From: Stramenopiles sp. TOSAG23-2
Taxonomy: Eukaryota
DNA: 44,234 nt
Direction: 5' to 3'
Assembly (NCBI GenBank): GCA_900128395.1
Contig: LT649294.1
Location: 1-44,234, forward strand
A program made the translations under genes and the position numbers. Positions 21,837 to 32,898 of the stretch are shown here, in pieces. Below the pieces are notes generated by a model. It worked only from the letters and a program-made list of their open reading frames with translations, had not been told where the DNA came from and searched no databases. Each line of letters starts with the position of its first letter. The stretch's first letter is position 1.

Positions 21837-22352
21837 TTAAATTATCTCAATAATACTCGCAAATTGTTCTGCATACTTAAATTTTTTCTTATCTTCTTCA
21901 CGTAATATTGCTTTATCGACACGTTCACGTATTTTCCGTTCTTTTGTTCGTATTGCACGTTTTGGTAATGATAAATCAATTTTATCTGTTAAATCATTTA
22001 TATTTTTAATATTTGTTGTTGGTGAATGAATATTAATTAAAATAAATACATCTTGAACTATTGTGCCATTCCGAGCAACACATTTAAAACTGCCATTTTC
22101 ACCAATTTGTTTATTTACACGCAAATCAAAATTTTCACTACTTTGCTTGGTACGTGATATACGAGCAGGATTACATTTTATTACATCATGATAATTATTA
22201 TTGACAAACGTTTTTAAGACATTAATTAAATTTGGACAATGTGTTGAATGAGTTGTAGTGATTTTTTTCATTACTTCTTTCGTCGTATAGTTTCGATGAT
22301 ATTTATTGAATATCGGTGATTTCAATGGTATTAAATGTTTGTGGATAAACAT
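21837..22352 (-). CDS. DUF2103-like protein with possible organellar targeting peptide
   Basis: HSTH...PARI...LRV...FKCVARNGTIVQDVFI resembles the DUF2103 signature (HST...GFKLIAR.G..VQEVF). The N-terminus is basic and poor in acidic residues. Confidence 0.65.
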   Translation of the reverse strand: MFIHKHLIPLKSPIFNKYHRNYTTKEVMKKITTTHSTHCPNLINVLKTFVNNNYHDVIKCNPARISRTKQSSENFDLRVNKQIGENGSFKCVARNGTIVQDVFILINIHSPTTNIKNINDLTDKIDLSLPKRAIRTKERKIRERVDKAILREEDKKKFKYAEQFASIIEII

Positions 22353-23181
22353 TTTTTGGTATTTTTATGATTTTTCGATACTTTCTATCTACAATGTTTT
22401 CTATATTGTTCCTTTCTCTTGTGTGCTGCTTTAGGAGGAAGGAGAGAAAGGGATATATATATATTTTGATCGATCGAATCCGAAAATATTATATAGGTAT
22501 TTTAAAGATATTAGTATACAAACAAATACAAACTTATAAAAATATTAACACCCCACAGTCGTCTATACTATCCTCTGATAAAATTTATAACCATTTGACG
22601 GAAATAACCAAAACAAATACATTTTTATCAATATAAATCTCCGATATTATCATCCTTATAGCATTATACTACAACAGAAACAGTGCTACAGTTTATCCTG
22701 ATTTCTAATATAGTAGGTACATAGCATTATAAATTTGCGAATTTACTTTTTCACTTCAATATTTTTTCTCCGAGAAAAATGACATTTCTTAGTTAAAAAT
22801 ACCTGGTAATAAAACACAACAAAATAACACTATTTATAATGGGAAATATATATACCATAGATGGTCAAAAGGAAAACCATTTACATGTATACATAGTTTG
22901 ATGAAAGACAATATATATATATTAGATGTACGTGAATATATAATTATTTATACAACAAGACGATATAATAAATATTATTATATAAATTATTTACAATTAT
23001 TACCATCTTGATTTTGGATATATATATATACATTTTGAAAAAAAGCGAATAATTAATAATATTAAATTTAAATTAAACGAAAATCACACAATATTTTTTT
23101 TGAAAAATATCTTATATAGTGAAATTGAAGTTATACGAAGAATTAATTTACGACAGTATACATTAAATTGAACATACTATT

Positions 23182-26100
23182 ATGGCATCGTTAGTAAATG
23201 CTGACGCCAGTGAAAATAATACGCCAAAAAATGATAATTTTCTCACTACTGTAACAACAGCGTACTCCAAATCATCATCAACAGCCTCTTCCACAAAAGA
23301 TAAATCAAATACAAATGATACGTCAAAGTCTGAAGAAACATTTTTAAAAATTGTTGATTATGCCACATTTATCAATGATTCATACGATAATAAACCAGTT
23401 ATACATGGGAGTGGAATTAAATGCAAATTTACAGAAGAGCATGCAGATAAAGAGTATACTCACGAGTGCGAGGGCTGGGAACTGCTGTTACATGAAGGCT
23501 ATACGGAAACACCTGATTCAACAGGCTTAATATCACCATCAATATCCGCCGTGAAAGTTTGGAAAGCAGGTACTAAATTATGTGTTGCATTTAAAGGTTC
23601 GAAAACTGCTATGGAATGGATAAGCAATGCTAATATTGGAGAAAACGATAAGATTGTGCCAAAATTACAAGAGAATGATTTATTTAGGGTTGAGGTTGAA
23701 CAACTAAATGAAAGTAAAATTGAAGATGAAACAGAAAATGATTCTAACAACAGTATTCAAAATGATGATGAAGATGATATAGGCCAAAGTGAATCTAAAG
23801 ATAATAATGAGGCACAAGATGAAACACAAAATGAGAATGCCCACCAAGAAGATGCAAGGATTGGCAATGAATCGAAACATAATGACGATGAATCTAAAAA
23901 CAATGACGATGAATCCAAGCAAGATGACGATGAATCAAAACATGATGACGATGAATCCAAAATTGCGGACAATGGCGATGAGGAAGATAATGAAGGCGCA
24001 AACAACAACAACAACGGTGAAAATAGTGAAAATACCACTACCACATGCGCAAAAGTACACCAGGGTTTTCTGGACGGATATCTATTTTTACGTGATAAAA
24101 TTATTCATGCAATCAAGGAGAATCTTAACGAAAACAATCAAGTCATTAACGATTTCAAAGAAATTTGGGTTTGCGGCCATTCACGTGGTGGTTCAATTGC
24201 ATCTATTGCAGCTGTTGATTTAGCAAATAGTTTTAATCTGGAAAAAGGCCAAGTAAAAAGTTTAACAATTGGATCTCCTGCAGTTGGGGATGAATTGTTT
24301 CGTAAATTATATGAAGAAAAAGTTGGATCTGAAAATACATATCGTATGATTAATTATTTTGATCCTGTCCCACGTTTATTTGATTTTGTTAATCCAGTAG
24401 CACGTGCAGTAGCAAAAAAAAATGTAGCAGTACATGTTTGTAAGCCATACATTCTTGATTTTGGGTTTTGGCATGCATACGCAAACCTTGCTATTGATGT
24501 TCATTCCGTCCCTGATAAAATAAAGAAACTTGTAGAAAATGCTTACAAACATCATTTTCGTGCCAATTATTTTAAAAACATGTATGAGTATCGATCGAAA
24601 TGGGATTTTTGGGTGCAAAATATCAAGAAGCTTGACTTCAAAACTATTAAGAATTGCGCATTATCGTTTGTGCGATGTGGTACAGATAAAAATGGTAAAA
24701 CGGTCGTATCTTATGTTAAACATACCGTGTCAACAGTAGCAGGGACTAGTAGTAAAAGTGCCAGTACAACAGTAACAAATGCAATTGTAAATGCAACACC
24801 ACTTGGTTGGATCAATCTTGCTGTTAATGTTGTAGGACATGCTGCAACGAATCTTCACATTCATAAAATGTGGAAAGATCAAACGAAACGATTTGATGCG
24901 CTAGAAACAATAATGACGGATGTGAGAAAAGCAGTTGAAAATGCAGAGGAACGCATGATTAATACGGTTAAAAGCGAAATTGATGGTTTGAAAGTGGAAA
25001 TGAATACAGCTGTTAAGAATTTATCCGATGTTGTCAAAGGTGAATTTGATAACCATCGAATAGAAGCTCTCTCTGCGTCTACAAAGCAACTTTTCAGTTA
25101 TTTAAATGGTAATTATGGAAACTGGGACGATATTAAATCGCAGTATCGAGTACTGGAAAACAATTTATCTTACATGACGGAACATGTGAATCTGAGAGAT
25201 GAACCAGAAGTTTTGACAAAACAATGTACAAAATACGAACTGTTCGCATGCCATGTTGCCTTTCAATGCTTCTTTGAATATAGTGAAAGGGAAATTGATG
25301 GAGGGACAAAAGAAGATATGATAAAGAAGAAGATGGAATCAATTGTACAAGTGACAACAGATACCAATCTTTTGGAAATTATACGCAGTCAATTTGAAAA
25401 AGATGTAAATTTGCATGTCAGTCGAAACAAATATGTTGAAGGCCGAAAGAATCATCTAATTCGCTCCGTAGCACCGCATGTCAGATGTTGTATACAAAAT
25501 CTAGAAAATATTGAAGAGGCAGTACAAATATCAAAATGTTTTGATAGTTTATGTTTACATCTAAATGTATTAAAAGACGATTGCCATGGGTCAATCTTGT
25601 TATCACGTAATTTTCATTTATTATGTAATGACAATAGTAATCGAAATTGCAATGACTCCACAGAAATTGTGTCCAGTGGAAATGTTCTAAGTAATAATAA
25701 ATGGATTTATCCTGTACGAGCGCGTGTTGATTACGATGTACAGGATGTAATTAATGTTGCTAAGTCGTTGTTACATGATGATATATTTATGAAAAAAAAA
25801 TCGATATTTTATAAATTATGTATGCTAGCTACAGTTCTCAAAGAAAACAACGATTTGAAAAACTATAAAAATGCATGTGAGGTTTTAAATGATTTTTTAG
25901 ATGGGTTGTATACCAATGCGTCATTTATATGTGCATGCGAGTCGGGTAATGAAGATCATGTTAAATGGTTTATTGAATTTTATACTATTAAAGGTAGTTT
26001 AGACCATATGATTGATGAAGAAGGGTTGTATAGTACAGGCAGAAGTAAATGGACCCCGTTGTCTGTCGCATGTTTAAATGGTAAATTGAATGTTGTTACA

Positions 26101-27287
26101 ATTTTACTTCAGCACGGTGTAAATGTAGATAAACCTCGTATTCGTGATGGAAAAACAGCTTTGATGTTTGCATGTAGTGAAGGTAATACTGAAATTGTTA
26201 AGCATTTATTAGACCATGGAGGGAAAGTAGGTTTGAAGGATCATGAGAATAAGTCAGCACTTGCATATGCTCTGATTGGAAATAAAGAAGACATTGTAAA
26301 GTCTTTATTAGAAAATGTCACATATGAAATTGCATTAAATGCAAAAGGCAATTTTGAAGAATCATGTCGTGAAATTACAACAAATGAAAAGGGTGCAATG
26401 AAATTATTGCTTAAATGGTTGTGCAAAAAATTAATAGCGAAATATAAGAAAGAATTTCCAAAAGGTACGCCATTAGTATTTGCATGTGAAAAAGGACGTT
26501 TTGAGGATGTGAAATTATTGATTACAGGGCATAATGATGTGAATGGTAGTAATGGTAATAATAATAATAATATGACATTGAAAGAATACGTGAATCAAGT
26601 CGGTAAAGATAGTTGTATGTGCATGTGAAAAAGGACGTTTGGAGGATGTGAAAGTATTGATTACAGGGCGTAATAATGATGTGAATGGTAGTAATGGTAA
26701 TAATAATAATAATATGACATTGAAAGAATACGTGAATCAAGAAGGTAAAGATAGTGGTGGTTTTGGGAATTTACACCTTTAATGGCAGCTGCAGGACACG
26801 AACATTTCCAAGTAGTTAAATATTTGATTGAACAATGTGAAGCTGATCCTAATATTGCTTATAGTGGTGGAAAGAATGCATTACATTATGCAGCACGTTA
26901 TAACAAAAAGGATACGAAGTTGATTGAGTTCTTATTAACTAATATGCCTCTTACTAGCATTAATAAGAAGGAGGACACGAACATTTCCAAGTAGTTAAAT
27001 ATTTGATTGAACAATGTGAAGCTGATCCTAATATTGCTTATAGTGGTGGAAAGAATGCATTACATTATGCAGCACGTTATAACAAAAAGGATACGAAGTT
27101 GATTGAGTTCTTATTAACTAATATGCCTCTTACTAGCATTAATAAGAAGGACAGGCCAAGGTACGGGGAATTGACTCCCCTGGACAGGGCATATCAATAT
27201 AATAATAGTCCAATTCAACAAAAGATCATTGATCTTATACGTTCAAAAGGTGGAAAACGTGCAAAAGAATTAACAACATGGTTTTAG
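23182..27287 (+). CDS. Class-3 lipase / coiled-coil / ankyrin-repeat fusion protein (cassette B); 3' end disrupted by duplications
   Basis: Lipase_3 motifs VAFKGS, VHQGF, GHSRGG (nucleophile elbow), TIGSPAVG and DPVP. Ankyrin repeats TPLSVAC, TALMFAC and SALAYA precede the shared cassette (EFPKGTPLVFACEKG...), which continues in ORFs 26782-26994 and 27003-27287. Confidence 0.85.
23881..23961 (+). repeat. 21-bp coding minisatellite, (N/D)DDESKx x4
   Basis: NDDESKN-NDDESKQ-DDDESKH-DDDESK within an acidic insertion in the lipase domain. Confidence 0.85.
26482..26754 (+). repeat. Imperfect tandem duplication (period 139 bp) of the first part of the ankyrin cassette
   Basis: gcatgtgaaaaaggacgttt...ggtaaagatagt at 26482 and 26621. 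The copies differ by F/L, L/V, H/RN and V/E. Confidence 0.9.
26793..27150 (+). repeat. Exact 179-bp tandem duplication inside the ankyrin cassette
   Basis: aggacacgaacatttcc...aataagaagg at 26793-26971 and 26972-27150. Confidence 0.93.
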
Positions 27288-28131
27288 TTAGTAGTAATAT
27301 ATAGTAATAATATTTTATATATATATTTAATATACTTTTATAATATATCATACACAAAATAAATTGTACCCTCGTAAAATAAATATTTTCTTTTATATAC
27401 TATATATCTGATATTTAATAAAACAATTGAATACAATGATAAAGCTATTATAACGTGTACGTAACCAATATTAAATGATCCATGAGATACTAATTCGATG
27501 CAATAAAGTTTCATAAACGCATTTTAGAAGATTAAAAATGAATAATGTATCACATTTCAACTAAATTCTCACTAGAAAAACGTTGAATTTTAAAAATATC
27601 ATTGTAAAATATATATATTACGATCGTTTATAATATGCAAACCAAATTACAGACACATCAATAAAGATGCACACTACCAAGCGATAATCTAATTATTCCT
27701 ACACGCTATAAATGTATAATAAACATATTTTAAAAAAAGTAACATAATGTATTATAATTATTCATTTTAAAGGTTAACTTTGAATTTTGAAACGCTAGCG
27801 TGAAAGAAACATTTTGCAAGAGATGTGAGGTGTGTATATGTTGTATTATATAAAGATAGAAAGAGAAGCTAGAAGTATACGGTTTGATTTGATAAAAAAA
27901 CAAGACATATGTTATGCACAAAGTTTTCGTAACTTTTTATCTTTTTCATAATGTTTCATGTTTTACAAAATGTGTGTGGAGTGATTCTAAATGTTTTTAG
28001 TAATTTGTAAAGAACGTATCATATATATCATTATCATACATTATTATAAATATTGATATTTATAAATATATATGTCTTTTAGTCCCTCTCTCTGGTCTCC
28101 CTCTCATGCGCACATTTGCCAGATTGATGCA

Positions 28132-28381
28132 TACATTTGATTTCAAAAACTATTGTGTTTGATGTGATATGTATCATATTGCAAACGGCAAACCTCTCCC
28201 CTCTATTTTTATCAAAAACACATTTTGATTTCAAAAAACTAATTTACAATATATTCTACATTTGATTTCAAAAACTATTGTGTTTGATGTGATATGTATC
28301 ATATTGCAAACGGCAAACCTCTCCCCTCTATTTTTATCAAAAACACATTTTGATTTCAAAAAACTAATTTACAATATATTC
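28132..28381. repeat. Exact 125-bp tandem duplication (non-coding)
   Basis: tacatttgatttcaaaaac...acaatatattc at 28132-28256 and 28257-28381. Confidence 0.92.
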
Positions 28382-28394
28382 GAATGTATCATTT

Positions 28395-29644
28395 TTACAA
28401 TCCTAAACTTTTTAACAAATCACTTGTACTTTGTGGTTGTGTTGCTTGTTGTTGTTGTTTTCCTTGTTTCTTGTTCTTTTTTTTATTATTCTTACTACTA
28501 CTACCTTTCTTTTTTTTCTTATTTGCCCCACCTGTCGTTGTCTTCGTATCCTCTTTGTCATCATCAATAACAATAGTAGTTGTTGAACTAGTTCCTTCAC
28601 CTAAATCATCCAATGTTTTATTTAATGTCATTGTAAATATTTGTTCTAATTTCTTATCACGTATATTTAAATGTTGTAAAATATTCAATGCTTGTAAACA
28701 ATGTTTCTTTGCATTACGCAATTCTCCTAATGCAAATTCAACACTTGCAGCCGTGCCAATGCACATCGCTTATATGGATATACATATATGATATATATAT
28801 ATAGTTTGTTGTTAGATATATAATATATATACATTTATATAATATTTACAATAAATAATGGAACAGAAGATATTATTAATAATAAGCGTGACTTACCTGC
28901 ATATTTACTCGTTGTTGTATTGACTAAATATTTAAATGCAATTTTTAAATGCAATAAACTTTTTGAAAAATCTTGTTTTTGTGCATAACTTTGTCCTTTT
29001 GAAAAATGTTCTTTAAATTTTGTAATACGTTCATCATCTTTCAATTGATTGATTTGTTTTTGCGCAGCACTATTGTTCACATCATTACTACTATTGTTGT
29101 TGTTGTTATTGCTTAAGAAATAATCATCAATATTATCAATGCTTGTATTTGTATTATTTAATTCAAATTCTTCTTTTAATAAATCTTCTGTACTAACGAT
29201 TGCTTCAATGCCTTGTGTAACTAATGCTTTTTTACGATTACGTTCTTTTAATATTGCATCTTCTTTCTTTTTCAATCTAGCATCGATTTTCAATTGTTGC
29301 GTTGCTGAAATAGTTTGCTCTTCCGCTTCATTTGCTGCTACAAAGACACCAACTTCTAATGCTTCTTTACGTTTTTCTGCTGCAATTTTACCTTTCGCAA
29401 ATGTTAATAATGAATTTAATTTTTCAGATTGATCTTCTTCATCTGAATCTGTTTCTGGTTCATCTTTATCTGCATTATGTAATATCGATGATACGGTAAT
29501 TTGACCTTTCTTTTTCTTCTTTTTCTTTGTTTTCTTTGCCGTACTATCATTAATCAATGCATCATCACGTCGTTTTTGTTCCTCTGCACTAATATATTTA
29601 CCTGGATTTAATGGGTCATCAAAAACTTCAGTAAATTCTGACAT
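28395..29644 (-). CDS. TPR-like protein, 2 exons (29644-28897, 28768-28395)
   Basis: A GTAAGT...CTAAC...AG intron at 28896-28769 joins the frames as SKYA-A-MCIGTAASVEFALGELRNAKKHCLQAL. Helix pattern is TPR-like. Confidence 0.75.
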
Positions 29645-30124
29645 TTTGTGTATTAATTATTAATTATTATTATTATTATACTAAAATATTCTATGTTTTT
29701 GTTAATATAACAAAAGATACTACAATACTGTAAATATGTATATATATATTGTGTATATATATTGTATATATGAATTGATAGTTATACAATCACGATTATA
29801 TTATGTATATATACAATATGTATATATGTCTGTATAATTTTTTATTTATTCAAATTTAAATTAAAATTATTCCAATTTATCAAATATATATTATAATATT
29901 AATATATTTAATTAGGGAACGAAGAATAAAAATTGTTGTTATAATTGTTTAAAAAAATAAAAAAGCCAAACACACAAGTATTGTTGTTGAATTTAACACC
30001 CCGTACTCTTTTTTATATATGTTTTATCTTTGTTCAAACGATGTGTTATATATATTCGTATGTTTCTATATATACCTGCGGTGTTGGTGTTTACTGGTTA
30101 GCCGATTGATGCATTTTCATTCTA

Positions 30125-30530
30125 TCCATACATGTTTAATATTGATAAATGTCATGTCAATCTATACACATACATAACTACACACTATTGAATACACAAA
30201 GATAGAATCAATGTCATTTTACATATATTAAATACTTCCATCCATACCTGTTTAATCTCGATAAATGTCATGTCAATCTATACAAATAGATAACGACACA
30301 ATATTGAAAACACAAAAATACAATCAATGTCATTTTACATATATAAATAAAATATGATTTTTTTTGCCTTTTCGTCGGTCTTCATTACAATTTATTTGTT
30401 GCTGAGGCATTAACGACACAATATTGAAAACACAAAAATACAATCAATGTCATTTTACATATATAAATAAAATATGATTTTTTTTGCCTTTTCGTCGGTC
30501 TTCATTACAATTTATTTGTTGCTGAGGCAT
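30125..30530. repeat. Diverged ~116-bp tandem repeat overlapping an exact 120-bp duplication
   Basis: tccatac.tgtttaat...gataaatgtcatgtcaatctatac...aatcaatgtcattttacatatat at about 30125 and 30241. 30291-30410 is identical to 30411-30530. Confidence 0.88.
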
Positions 30531-30846
30531 GAGGCATGAGGCAGCCAGCATACAGCAGCGAGCGAGCGAGTGGTATATATATATATATAAAAGTGAAAGA
30601 AATAATACCTACTTTTGTAAAATACGAGATAGAAAAGAAAAAACAGACCCAGTGTTTACAGTATTAGTTGCAACAATACATATACATTTTTTGTTTATAT
30701 ATATATAAATTGTAAATTATAACAACATTTTTACTCCCAATTATTATTAATATTAATTATTACTTAATAATTTGGAATTTCATAAAATATATATATACAT
30801 ATATTATTTTGGATATTGATACATACATCTCTAACGTATAGGAAAC

Positions 30847-32018
30847 ATGAAAATGAATAGACAAGGATCATTGTTGATGGTAGGAACATTAATAATAGCA
30901 ATTCTAATGAATGTATATATTGTATGTATTAATGGACAAGCGCAACAACAACAACAGCAACGACCACCAATGCCACCTCCATCACATGAAGGACATGCGC
31001 ATCAACAACAAGAGCAACAACATATGCCACCACAACAAGGTGGATATCGACCACCGCCACCACCACCTGGTTATGGTGCGCAACAGATGCATTATCAACA
31101 TCATCAACAGCAACAACAACAGGGTGAAGGGAATGTTCCACAATATGGACAACATATGCCCCCACCCCCAAAGTAAGTAAATTATATTATATAATCACGA
31201 CAGATAACACTTTTAATCTAACATAAAAATATTATATATATAGTTATTATCAACATGCACAACAACAACAATATCAACAACATCAACAACAACAACAACC
31301 GCAACATGGAATGCCGCCACCACATATGTATCAACAACAACAACAACATGGAGGATATCAACCACCACCACCACATGGTTATGGATATCCACCACATATG
31401 ATGCATCAACAACAACAACAACAACAACAATATGGACATCAACATCATATGCCACCACCAAAGTAAGTATATATGCAAAATGCAGTTACATTCATATACA
31501 TACATTTATATACAGACGTCTAACATCATATATATATATATATATATAGTTTCAATATGCATCAACAATATTTACAACAATTTATGCCTGGAATGCCACC
31601 GCCACAACAACAACAACACCATCAACATGGTATGCCACCACCACCTCCACCACATCAACAACAACAACAATATGCAAATTGGCAACAAGGTGCTGGTGGT
31701 AATTCAATGCCAAATCCACAACATTTTCAACATCAAGAACATATGCATAATATACCAGGTGCAACACCAAATAGTCAATATCAAAAACAACCGGAAACAT
31801 TTGGTGGACATGGTGGAAAATATGTACCACCACCACCACCACCACCAATCTTACCACGTTTATGGCCAAAACAAGGTGGAGAGAAAGGAGGAAAAGGCGA
31901 TGATGCAGCGACAACCAATAATAATAATAATGATGATCAAAGTGGTAAAGCATCATTGGAAGATAAAATAGCAAAAATTAAAAATGCATTGAAAGAATTT
32001 CAAAAAGATGAGTTGTAA
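30847..32018 (+). CDS. Q/P/H-rich secretory-pathway protein with C-terminal KDEL, 3 exons (30847-31172, 31244-31462, 31550-32018)
   Basis: Signal peptide (LLMVGTLIIAILMNVYIVCING). Two phase-2 GTAAGT...CTAAC...TAG introns keep the frame. Ends EFQKDEL*. Confidence 0.85.
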
Positions 32019-32898
32019 AAATATTTCGTGTTGGATATTTTGTATTCAAAATATTTGAAGGAGAATAATGGTTGAAAATCCACGAGAGATTAAATAAAGC
32101 GTGTCTCGATTTACGAGGGAAGTGTATTTAAAAAAGAATTTGTATTGTGTGTGTAATTTAATTTGAAAATCTGAATTTAATAACTACGTAAATCTTTTTT
32201 ATTTATATACACCTGTCACATTAAATTTACTTTTAACTTTATTAATTTTTAAACTCTACGGCCGTATTTTTTTCCCGTTTGTCTTCCTAATATTCCATGT
32301 AGTGAATGGTGCCACGACCATTTGCAATCAACAATATTGTGAGCAATACCTAATATTATGATGCGTTGTATTTCTATGGAATATGACCAATTAAATTGAT
32401 ATGATATAATAATAAATTATGTTTTTGTTTGTAACGACATTTACCAGGAAAAGAAATAGAAAAAACACATAATTTCAACGTTTGAATTCAATAATTTAAA
32501 CGATAAAATAAAATTGTATCAAGACTTGATTGCGTATACATCATTGTTTATAATATCTCCATAGATAATAAATTGTGATAAAATTGTGTTGTATTGTTGA
32601 TATTAAAAATAATAAGAGAAGACGTTTTAACTTTCATTAGATTGTCGTTATTAATTTCTATTTTTTTTACCATAATTATTTTAATTCAGTGTAAACAATG
32701 AAGTAAAACGAAAGACTGGAATAATCAGGAGAGTGTTCTTTTGTCTTGTGTGTGTGTCGTCTGTCATGTACGAATGGTGTGTTGGCGGTCTACGATGTAT
32801 ACATATATCTGAAAAAAGTTTAATAGAGGGTATTTTTTAGATTGTGTATTTCATTAATTTACTTCAATATTTATTTAATTTTTTATGTTTAAATTTTT

